From Chloroflexota bacterium (GTDB taxonomy: Bacteria > Chloroflexota > Dehalococcoidia > GIF9 > JBFMDU01): 64,000 nucleotides of DNA. Both the position numbers and the translations under genes were made by a program. The notes beneath the pieces are model-generated. The model made no database searches. It saw only the letters and a list, made by a program, of their open reading frames with translations, and had not been told where the DNA came from. The DNA is taken from assembly GCA_040753815.1 (NCBI GenBank), contig JBFMDU010000020.1:300211-364210 (forward strand), read 5' to 3'. Shown piece by piece: positions 18,074-26,137 of this stretch; position 1 is the first letter of the stretch, and each line of letters starts with the position of its first letter.

Positions 18074-19354
18074 CTAGTGTCCCCTGGGCGGGGTTGACAT
18101 TTTCTCATAAAGGTCGGGACGGCGTTGTTTGATTAGCGCCTTATTGGCGGCAACCATCAGGGTAGGGATGCCGACCTCGTCTTTGAACATCTGATAGACA
18201 TCGTCCATGTCCTTGTCGTTGAAGCGGCTGATGAGCGATGACGATGTGGCGATAATCTGGAAATACTCCGGTTTATTGAAAGCAAAGGCTTTCTGCCACC
18301 AGACCAGGTACTCATCGAAGCCTTTCTCACCCGACCATTGTTTCTCTAGCGATTTAACTGCCTTATAGGCGCTGGCTACGGCACCCTGAGTCCAGGTCTC
18401 GACTGCGGCGCCGGCATCACCAACGACCAGCACATTGCCGGCAACAACCTGCTTGAGTGGAGGGCGTGCCGTCACCGAACAAGCCATTTTCCCGACTATT
18501 TTCGCCTTGGCAAACCAAGGTGCGTACTGGGGGAGCTTCATCAGGCGGTCGAGAATAGATGCCGGCGGGTTGTCCTTGCTGGAGCCAGAGCCAAGCATGT
18601 TAAGGTTGTTGGCGGTCAGAGCCATCCAGATGCTTCCGGAACCGGTGAGACTGGGGATGGCCCATGATATCCAGGCGCTGTCATGGTAAGGGCATTCAAC
18701 GCCCTCGAGGAGGTAGATAAGTATCTGGCGCGGCGGCCGCTGTGGTCGGTCTTTATTTAGACCAAGATTTTCGACGATACGTGACGATAAGCCGTCGGCG
18801 GCGATTGCCGCCTTGCCTTCGATAACAAGCTCCCCAGTAGGGGTGTTTACGCGGACCTCAACGCCGGTTGAGGTATTGATGGCTCCGACAGCCGTGGTCT
18901 CAGTCAAGACTACGGCGCCAGCGGCTTGGGCATCTTTAAGCAGGCCGGCCAGGAATGCTTCTTTGAAGTAAAAGTATCCCCAGGGGAAATGGTTCTGCGG
19001 GTAGCGGAAGACGCAGTTGCCTGATGGAGAATACTGGAGCCAGTTGGAATAGGGGCGGAGCGGGCCTTCATAGTCGAGGGAAATACCCAGGTCGAGGTAG
19101 TTGAATTTTGCCCGGTTCGGAAATACTTCGCATGACACCTGCTCGATATAGCCGTCGGACTTCGGCGTCGGCTTGCCGGTAACCGGGTTGGCGGTGAGCT
19201 TATTGATATAGAAAATCTGGGCGCAAGCACGGTTGATTTCAGTGATGTTTTTCTTGCGCTCGATAAGGAGGACCTTTAAGCCGTCCCGGGCAGCGGTACG
19301 TGCCGCCATCAGTCCTCCAGGCCCGGCGCCAGCAACGATAAGGTCATACTTCAT
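18074..19354 (-). CDS. FAD-dependent oxidoreductase, geranylgeranyl-reductase-like
   Basis: 426 aa. N-terminal dinucleotide-binding motif YDLIVAGAGPGGLMAA. Confidence 0.7.
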   Translation of the reverse strand: MKYDLIVAGAGPGGLMAARTAARDGLKVLLIERKKNITEINRACAQIFYINKLTANPVTGKPTPKSDGYIEQVSCEVFPNRAKFNYLDLGISLDYEGPLRPYSNWLQYSPSGNCVFRYPQNHFPWGYFYFKEAFLAGLLKDAQAAGAVVLTETTAVGAINTSTGVEVRVNTPTGELVIEGKAAIAADGLSSRIVENLGLNKDRPQRPPRQILIYLLEGVECPYHDSAWISWAIPSLTGSGSIWMALTANNLNMLGSGSSKDNPPASILDRLMKLPQYAPWFAKAKIVGKMACSVTARPPLKQVVAGNVLVVGDAGAAVETWTQGAVASAYKAVKSLEKQWSGEKGFDEYLVWWQKAFAFNKPEYFQIIATSSSLISRFNDKDMDDVYQMFKDEVGIPTLMVAANKALIKQRRPDLYEKMSTPPRGH

Positions 19355-19445
19355 AGCTCTACCCTCTACTTTTTGTCCGGCAGATTCAAGACTTGGCAGT
19401 TGTAAGTTGCCATCAGAACATCCAGAATGCTAGAATATTACTCGA

Positions 19446-19460
19446 ATTCGATTATCGAAT
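19446..19460. promoter_or_regulatory. Palindromic operator ATTCGATTATCGAAT (7-1-7 inverted repeat), copy 1 of 3
   Basis: A perfect inverted repeat in the divergent region between 18074-19354 (minus strand) and the marR gene (plus strand), immediately upstream of marR. Confidence 0.45.
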
Positions 19461-19463
19461 CGG

Positions 19464-20021
19464 ATGGCAGGTGCATGTTACCAACCTCCGGATACTAATG
19501 TCAAGAACGATTGTGTAGTACATATGGTTAGAAAGAATGATACTGCGCGAATTTCATCACTGGAAGCTTCCAAGCCTCCACTCGACGATGAAGTTTATAA
19601 CCTTTGGGTACAGATTCACCGGGTAGTTGACCTGATCGTCAGGGCGAGGGAGAGGGAATTAAGCCGTTACGGCATACCTATAAGACAGGTGGCTACCCTT
19701 TTCGCTGTACATGCTTTTGGAGGTGATGCCACGCTGACCCGGCTTGCCCAGTTCCTGGAGCGCCGCCCGCATACTGTTTCCAGCATATTGACCAGGATGG
19801 AGAAGGACGGGCTGGTCAAGAAGACTAATGACCTGGCACGGCGTAATATTATTCATGTGGAACTAACCGAGAAAGGCCGTGATGCTTACCGTCACACGAC
19901 CCGGCGTGAATCGATCAATGCTATCATGGGAGAACTTGCATTTGACGAGCAGCAGCGGTTGAAGCGGTTGCTCGATAGGCTTGAAGCCAGAGCAAGGGTG
20001 GAGTTGAGGCGGCGGGGTTAG
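19464..20021 (+). CDS. MarR-family transcriptional regulator
   Basis: Winged-HTH RQVATLFAVHAFGGDATLTRLAQFLERRPHTVSSILTRMEKDGLV. The true start may be the downstream Met at 19524. Confidence 0.8.
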   Translation: MAGACYQPPDTNVKNDCVVHMVRKNDTARISSLEASKPPLDDEVYNLWVQIHRVVDLIVRARERELSRYGIPIRQVATLFAVHAFGGDATLTRLAQFLERRPHTVSSILTRMEKDGLVKKTNDLARRNIIHVELTEKGRDAYRHTTRRESINAIMGELAFDEQQRLKRLLDRLEARARVELRRRG

Positions 20022-20062
20022 TATAAAGGCAGGTGCTTGGGAAGTCGTGCTTTGGAGTTAAG

Positions 20063-20096
20063 AAAAGGGCTTACCGCGGTAAGCCCCTTTTGCTTT
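20063..20096. terminator. Bidirectional hairpin terminator between convergent marR and a CN-hydrolase gene
   Basis: AAAAGGGCTTACC-GC-GGTAAGCCCCTTTT, flanked by A and T tracts on both sides. Confidence 0.55.
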
Positions 20097-20113
20097 TACT
20101 GGTCGTCTAGTGG

Positions 20114-21181
20114 TTACCAGCGGGCGATGCTTTTGTAGTGAGCTGAGAGCTCTTTGATATTCTGCGGCTGTGATTGCAGGTAGGAATTGGTTGGAAAGCG
20201 CGGCACGTAGTTGTCATAGGCCTGGGTATAGAGTTCCTTGGGGAAGCGTGGAGTCCAGTGCCGCTTACGGTATAAGGTCATCGGGATGGTGGCATCAGCG
20301 ACCGTCTCGAACAGTGAATTAGCTTGAGAAATGATGCGGCCGTCGGTATCAATGATGCAGGAATTGCCGGAGCCGACATCCCAGATGATGTCACCTTCGC
20401 GGTCAAGGGCATTGTTGACGAATATGCCCCAGATGCCGCTGGCAATGCACATGCCCTGCATGTCGATTATGAAAGTGTTGTCGCCGCCGCCACGTGGTCC
20501 AAGCAGGGGGCTGGTGCTCCAGTGACCGGCGCCAAGTGTCATATAGCGGATTAGAATCTCGCATCCCTTCATGGCGTAAATACGGGCCATCTCGGGTTCG
20601 CAAACTTCCGGGATAATGGCAATGTTGCCAATGTCGGTGCGGGCGACTGGGAAAATGGCATCCCAGCCGTATCGTTTGACGAACTCGTCGAGGACATCGT
20701 ACACCGTGGTGCCGAGGTCGGCGAATCCTGACAGATTGCGCGTTTTCCATCGTCCGTAAATTACCTTGCCGCTTGGACCGATAATGGTCGCCATGTTGAT
20801 GAAGTGCCCCGGCCAGTCTTTTAGCTTGGCATAGCAGGCGAACTCGATGTAGCAGTTCCAGCGCTGGGCGATTTTCCCGATGGCCTCCATTTCCTCACCT
20901 TCGGGGAAATCGACGCCGGCATTGAGGAACTGCTGTTTGTCCCAGCGTGTTTCAAAGCCGCCGATAGGCGATTCATGGAAGCAGACCAGGTCCTTGCGTC
21001 CCCATCCCTGGGCGCGCGTAACAAGGTCGGCCATATGGGCGATGTTCTCCATCTTCCCTTTGCGGATGGACTCAGGGGTGGACATGTCGATGTTGCGGAT
21101 TCGGGATTGGATGGCAGCCACGGTAATTTCGTCACTCCGCAGAGGTACACACTCGTAGTTAGGTGCGGCAGAGTACGGCAT
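20114..21181 (-). CDS. Nitrilase-superfamily (carbon-nitrogen hydrolase) protein, paralog 1
   Basis: 355 aa. Glu motif LVCFHESP and Lys motif RWKTRN. The segment PEMARIYAMKGCEILIRY aligns with the AmiE block PEIWRDCAMKGAELIVR. C-terminal extension ...YVPRFPTNSYL. Confidence 0.75.
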   Translation of the reverse strand: MPYSAAPNYECVPLRSDEITVAAIQSRIRNIDMSTPESIRKGKMENIAHMADLVTRAQGWGRKDLVCFHESPIGGFETRWDKQQFLNAGVDFPEGEEMEAIGKIAQRWNCYIEFACYAKLKDWPGHFINMATIIGPSGKVIYGRWKTRNLSGFADLGTTVYDVLDEFVKRYGWDAIFPVARTDIGNIAIIPEVCEPEMARIYAMKGCEILIRYMTLGAGHWSTSPLLGPRGGGDNTFIIDMQGMCIASGIWGIFVNNALDREGDIIWDVGSGNSCIIDTDGRIISQANSLFETVADATIPMTLYRKRHWTPRFPKELYTQAYDNYVPRFPTNSYLQSQPQNIKELSAHYKSIARW

Positions 21182-21209
21182 TATCTTTCCTCCTGGTTTT
21201 TACAGAGAA

Positions 21210-22796
21210 TTAATTTACTCTCTTGGTACGGCCGGCCCAGTACTTCTCGCGCATCTCTCGCTTGAGTATCTTACCGGCCGGATTCTTGGGGAGTTCCGGC
21301 CAGATTTCGACAGTTTTCGGTCTCTTGAACCCGCTTAAACGCTCGGCGCAGTAGGCCAGCAATTCATCCGGTGCAAGCTTCATATCTGCTTTGAGGCTGA
21401 CGATGAGTTTCGGTTCTTCTCCCCACTGGTCACTGGGTACGCCGATGACGGCGGCTTCGAGTACGGCGGAGTGGGTATAGGCGATAGCTTCAACCTCTTT
21501 AGAGGCGATTTTTTCGCCGCCGCTGACGATGAGGTCTTTCTTGCGGTCAACGATGTAGAGATAACCTTCATCATCGAGGCGTCCGATGTCGCCAGTATGC
21601 ATCCAGCCGTTCTTAAGGAGCTGTGCGGTCTCTTCGGGACGGTTCCAGTAGCCTTCGATGATGGCTTCACTGCGGAAGACAATCTCACCCGGCTCGCCCG
21701 GCGGGACATCTTTATCGTCATCATCGACCAGGCGCATCTGACAGCCGGGGAGCGGTTTGCCAACTGAGGCCAGAATGTGTTCCTTGCCCGGTTCGGTGAT
21801 GGCGCGGACGTGGTCGGCTGAGGTAAGAACCGTCTGACCAGTGCCTTCGGTCATACCGAAGCCCTGATGGAAGACCGGGGACAGAACCTTCATGCCAATT
21901 TTGAGAGCTTCAACCGGCATTGGCGAGGCGGCGTAGGCGATGGAATGGAGACTTGACATATCATACTTTGGCAGGTTGGGATGGTTCATCATGCGGATGA
22001 GCATGGTTGGCGCACCGGCCAGGTGGGTGAGTTTCTCTTGATCAATCAGCTTCAGGACTCCTTCAGCATCGAACCGCTTCATAAGATAGGTGGTAGCGCC
22101 AAACATGATGAATGGGAAATTAGCGTGGAGCAGGGCGGCATGGAAGAGCGGCCACATGCCAAGACAGCGGGAATGGCTATTGATTTGTCCCGGCCAGTTG
22201 ACAAGGCGGCCGAAGCGAAGCGTGTCCCGATGCTTTTTGATAACGCCTTTGGGGACGCCGGTGGTGCCGCTGGTGTAGATGATGGCGAGCAGGTCGTTTT
22301 CGGAAACATCAACGCCCGGGTCAGCATTCGAAGTGGCGCTGGTAACCTTATCGTAGTCCAGCCAGCCAGCCGGGGAGCCGTCAAAGCAGATGAATTGGCG
22401 AAGAGACGGCACCTGCTTCCGGATTGAGTCGATAGTTGGAGCGAACTGTTGTTCAACGAAGACGACTGACGGTGTGCAGTCGTTGAGAATGGCGGCGACC
22501 TCGGTGTCCTTGAGCCGCCAGTTAAGCGGTACCGCGGCGAAGCCAGCTTTACAGGCGCAGGCGACCTCAAGCATTTCGGGGAAATCGGTGGACAGGGTGG
22601 CGATACGGTCGCCTTTCTTAATGCCAAGCCTGATTAGAGCATTGCATAATCGGTTCGTTCGTTCGTTGAGCTGGCTGAATGTCCATTTCTTACCCGTGTC
22701 CACGCTGATGACGGCAGGCTTATCGGTGTAGATGCGGGCAGACCATTCCATAACGTCGCGCCAGGTCTCAATGCGAAGCGAGTTCCAGATGCCCAT
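21210..22796 (-). CDS. AMP-dependent synthetase/ligase (acyl-CoA synthetase family)
   Basis: 528 aa. AMP-binding motif IIYTSGTTGVPKGV, plus the C-terminal ...GWMHTGDIGRLDDEGYLYIVDRKKDLI. Confidence 0.85.
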   Translation of the reverse strand: MGIWNSLRIETWRDVMEWSARIYTDKPAVISVDTGKKWTFSQLNERTNRLCNALIRLGIKKGDRIATLSTDFPEMLEVACACKAGFAAVPLNWRLKDTEVAAILNDCTPSVVFVEQQFAPTIDSIRKQVPSLRQFICFDGSPAGWLDYDKVTSATSNADPGVDVSENDLLAIIYTSGTTGVPKGVIKKHRDTLRFGRLVNWPGQINSHSRCLGMWPLFHAALLHANFPFIMFGATTYLMKRFDAEGVLKLIDQEKLTHLAGAPTMLIRMMNHPNLPKYDMSSLHSIAYAASPMPVEALKIGMKVLSPVFHQGFGMTEGTGQTVLTSADHVRAITEPGKEHILASVGKPLPGCQMRLVDDDDKDVPPGEPGEIVFRSEAIIEGYWNRPEETAQLLKNGWMHTGDIGRLDDEGYLYIVDRKKDLIVSGGEKIASKEVEAIAYTHSAVLEAAVIGVPSDQWGEEPKLIVSLKADMKLAPDELLAYCAERLSGFKRPKTVEIWPELPKNPAGKILKREMREKYWAGRTKRVN

Positions 22797-22868
22797 AACA
22801 GCCTCCGAGAAGGGATTGGGGGTGCAGGGGATGGCCTTGACACGCCCCGTGTCGAAAGGTATTATCCA

Positions 22869-22883
22869 ATTCGATAATCAAAT
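22869..22883. promoter_or_regulatory. Operator copy 2 of 3 (ATTCGATAATCAAAT, one mismatch)
   Basis: Located in the divergent region between the acyl-CoA ligase gene (minus strand) and CN-hydrolase paralog 2 (plus strand). Confidence 0.4.
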
Positions 22884-22967
22884 TCGACTTTGGATATATT
22901 ACCCCAAACTGTTTAGCCTTACAACCGGCCAATCAGGCCGGTACCAATAGCGAAACAGGAGGCTCCT

Positions 22968-24014
22968 ATGGCTGAGAAACCGTTGCCCAATTATCCCGTA
23001 GTCCCTCTCCGTCAGGATGAAATCGTAGTGGTGGTCGTCCAATCGAAGCAGGTCACAGTGGACATCGACAATGCCGGGAAGGGAATTAAGGACAACTTGA
23101 ACCTGATGGTACGTCTCATCGATACCATCCAGTCAAGGCGACGCAAGGACCTGCTGGTATTCCACGAATTTCCGCTTACCGGTTCAGATATAAGGTGGAA
23201 CCGAGAACAACAGATGAAGGCATCAATTGATGTGCCAGGGCCGGAGACAGAAGCCCTGGGTCAGAAAGCTAAACAGTACAACTGCTACATAGAGTTCGGC
23301 GCCAAGGGTCGATTGCCGGACTGGCCGGGACATTTCCACTATATGGGACTTATCGTAGGGCCAAGTGGCAAAGTTGAGCATGTGAGATGGAAATTGCGTA
23401 ATCTTCCAGGATTAGGCTTTGGCACAACGGTCTATGATGTTCTCGACCAGTATGTAGAGCGCTATGGGTGGGATGCTGTCTTTCCCATAGCCCGGACTGA
23501 TATCGGCAATCTGGCCATCATGCCGGAAATCATGGAGCCGGAAATTGCGCGTATATTTGCTATGAAGGGCGCCGAAATGCTGATACGGTATATGACACTG
23601 GGTGCTGGCCATTGGGGTACGAGGCCGATTTCCTATCGGGGAGGATTGGGTAACACGTACCGGATTGACTTCGCTGCTTCCTGTATGCAGAACAGCGTCT
23701 ACGGATGCTTCGTTAACAACGCCGTTAATATGGATGACCTGATTCAGGACTATGGCGCCGGCCGCTCGGCTATCTTCGACTACGACGGCCGTATGATGGC
23801 CGAAGCGAATTCGGGACTGCAGACGATACTTGAAGCGACTATACCGGTTGCTTCATATCGGAAGGGGCACTCAATTCCGGTCATTCCCGGCGACCTGTTC
23901 AAGCACTTCTACCAGGAATACGTTTCCAAGTACCCGCCAAATACTTATCTGAAAAGCATGCCTAATAGCAATGCCGAATCGGCCCAGCTTTATATAAGAG
24001 ACGCCCGCTGGTAG
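22968..24014 (+). CDS. Nitrilase-superfamily protein, paralog 2 (possible pseudo-enzyme)
   Basis: 348 aa, collinear with paralogs 1 and 3 (FHEFP, RWKLRN, PEIARIFAMKGAEMLIRY). The segment AIMPEIMEPE has no Cys where paralogs 1 and 3 have one. Confidence 0.75.
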   Translation: MAEKPLPNYPVVPLRQDEIVVVVVQSKQVTVDIDNAGKGIKDNLNLMVRLIDTIQSRRRKDLLVFHEFPLTGSDIRWNREQQMKASIDVPGPETEALGQKAKQYNCYIEFGAKGRLPDWPGHFHYMGLIVGPSGKVEHVRWKLRNLPGLGFGTTVYDVLDQYVERYGWDAVFPIARTDIGNLAIMPEIMEPEIARIFAMKGAEMLIRYMTLGAGHWGTRPISYRGGLGNTYRIDFAASCMQNSVYGCFVNNAVNMDDLIQDYGAGRSAIFDYDGRMMAEANSGLQTILEATIPVASYRKGHSIPVIPGDLFKHFYQEYVSKYPPNTYLKSMPNSNAESAQLYIRDARW

Positions 24015-24026
24015 GTAGTATTGTAA

Positions 24027-24872
24027 GTGCCGGGACCGTCTCAAGTGTACTATCAACAGAAGCTGGTAAGCCGAAGCTCACTGCCGCTCCTGGGGAAGCG
24101 AATTCTCCTGACCACACCGCGCAACTATGCGGCGCCTCTGGCGGAAATGCTGGTTATGCGAGGTGCACGTCCTATATGGATGCCGACCAACGAGATCTGG
24201 CCGCTTGACGACTATGGTGAGCTGGACAAGGCCATTTCCGAGGTAAATGCCTATGATTGGATTGCTTTCACCAGTGAGAACGGCATCGAAGCCTTTGTTG
24301 AACGATTTACTGTGGTCGGTATGGCGGCCGACAAATTCCGTAACACCAAGCTGGCAGCTTTCAAATGGGACGCACGACTTTTGGAAGCACGTGGCTTTAG
24401 AGTAGATTTGGCGCCATCTGAGAGCAGTACCATTGGCATGGTGGCTGAATTCAGACGGCGCGGTATACGTACGGGAAGAGTGTTAGTTCCTGTACCCGAA
24501 GTGGTTGGAGTGCCTGAACCACCCATAATCCCCAGCTTTGTACAAGAATTGGCTGCAATCGGACTGAATCCGCACCGAGTACCTGCTTATAAGACCGTAG
24601 GTTTGGCGGAAAATGCCGAGGTTGAGAAGGAGCTCTTAATTTCGGGGGCGATTGACGTTGCTGTAGTGACCAGTTCGTCTGAAATTTATAGTTTGCTAGC
24701 GTTTCTTGGTCCGGACCGTGCCGTACTTGACCGCGTTGCCATGGCCTACATGGGGAAATTGATTCTTGACACAGCACAGGCTTCTGGCCTTAAGTTGGAT
24801 ATAGTACAGAAAGAGTACACATTTCGGGCTCTTATCGAGGCCATTGAGAACTATTTTCGGAAAAAGAAGTAA
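24027..24872 (+). CDS. HemD/HEM4-domain protein, standalone paralog B
   Basis: 281 aa. RILLTTPRNYAAPL...GARPIWMPTNEIWPLDDY...YDWIAFTSENGIEAFVERF. It starts 13 nt after CN-hydrolase paralog 2. Confidence 0.7.
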   Translation: MPGPSQVYYQQKLVSRSSLPLLGKRILLTTPRNYAAPLAEMLVMRGARPIWMPTNEIWPLDDYGELDKAISEVNAYDWIAFTSENGIEAFVERFTVVGMAADKFRNTKLAAFKWDARLLEARGFRVDLAPSESSTIGMVAEFRRRGIRTGRVLVPVPEVVGVPEPPIIPSFVQELAAIGLNPHRVPAYKTVGLAENAEVEKELLISGAIDVAVVTSSSEIYSLLAFLGPDRAVLDRVAMAYMGKLILDTAQASGLKLDIVQKEYTFRALIEAIENYFRKKK

Positions 24873-24904
24873 CTTCCTTTGGCTTCCCCGGATTAACTAA
24901 AAAG

Positions 24905-24940
24905 CAAGGAGGGGGCGCTTATCTAAGCGCCCCCTCCTTG
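24905..24940. terminator. Perfect 17-bp stem / 2-nt loop hairpin between convergent operons
   Basis: CAAGGAGGGGGCGCTTA-TC-TAAGCGCCCCCTCCTTG, with an A-tract on the 5' side that reads as a T-tract on the minus strand. Confidence 0.6.
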
Positions 24941-24966
24941 TAGTAGTCTGCCATTCTACCTTTACG

Positions 24967-26040
24967 CTACCAGCGCTGAATTTTACGGTAGTGCTCTCCA
25001 GACTCGGCGAAACTCCCCGGGAGTGTCTTGAGGAAGGAGTTGGGTGGATATTTGGAGACATAGGTCTCATAGAAATTAGCGAAGAGTTCCTTGGGAAATT
25101 TGGGTAGGTCACGCTCAGCGCGGAACTGGGCAATCGGGATAGTTGCCCAAACGGCAGTCTCATGGGGCGACAGGGCTTCCACAACACATTGACCATCCGG
25201 ATTGTAGATGCTGGAGCCGCCGGCGCCGACATCATCAATGCCGACTTCGGGTGAAAGGGCGTTGTTGACGAAAAGTCCCCACATCTGGTTCTGCAGGCAA
25301 GTGGCCTGGAAGTCAATACGGAAGCTGTTGATAGCGGCGCCCTTGGGGGAGGAGACAGGGTAAGGCCAGAAGCCGTTGCCGGCGGTCATATAGCGGATAA
25401 GTATCTCAGCGCCTTTGCAGGCGAAGACGCGGGCAATCTCTGGCTCGTAAACGCATGGCATAATGGCGATGTTGCCGATGTCAGTGCGGGCTATTGGGAA
25501 GACCTCATCCCAGCCGTAGCGTTTCACGTATTCGTCGAGGACGTCGAAGACGGTGGTGGAGAAGCCCATGCCGGCCATGTTGCGAAGCTTCCATTTTTTA
25601 TGGAGAACCTCACCAGTGGGACCAACAATGACACCCATATTGAAAAAGTGATCTGGCCAGTCGGGTAGTTTGCCGTAGCATCCGAACTGGATGTAGCAGT
25701 TGTACTGCTTGGCTTTCTTGCCGAGTATTTCGGTTTCTGGCCCGGGGATATCAATGGCAGTCTTTAACTGTTCCGGACGAGTCATTGCTCCGGTCAAACC
25801 GTTGATGGGGAACTCGTGGAAGACCACCAGGTCCTTCTGACCTCGCGCCCGGTCGATCATCCACATCATGTGGTCCAGGTTTTCTTTGATAGTTTTCTGG
25901 GGATTGTTGACATCGACGTGGCGGATGTGGGATTGGAGGATAACGACATTGATTTTTTCACTACGCAGTGGGACGATGGGATAACCGGCTTTAGCCTTTT
26001 CACCGAAGGGCATGGTATGCCTCCTTTCACCCACCCTCAC
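24967..26040 (-). CDS. Nitrilase-superfamily protein, paralog 3
   Basis: 357 aa. FHEFP, KWKLRN, IGNIAIMPCVYEPEIARVFACKGAEILIRY, and a C-terminal ...YVSKYPPNSFL extension. Confidence 0.75.
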   Translation of the reverse strand: MRVGERRHTMPFGEKAKAGYPIVPLRSEKINVVILQSHIRHVDVNNPQKTIKENLDHMMWMIDRARGQKDLVVFHEFPINGLTGAMTRPEQLKTAIDIPGPETEILGKKAKQYNCYIQFGCYGKLPDWPDHFFNMGVIVGPTGEVLHKKWKLRNMAGMGFSTTVFDVLDEYVKRYGWDEVFPIARTDIGNIAIMPCVYEPEIARVFACKGAEILIRYMTAGNGFWPYPVSSPKGAAINSFRIDFQATCLQNQMWGLFVNNALSPEVGIDDVGAGGSSIYNPDGQCVVEALSPHETAVWATIPIAQFRAERDLPKFPKELFANFYETYVSKYPPNSFLKTLPGSFAESGEHYRKIQRW

Positions 26041-26137
26041 CCTTTTTATAACGGGGAGGGAGTTTTCTAAGAGGGGTTAGTCCCTCTCTGTCACCAGAAC
26101 CGGGAAGGTCTTGACGGGTGGAGCCGCAAAGTAAACC

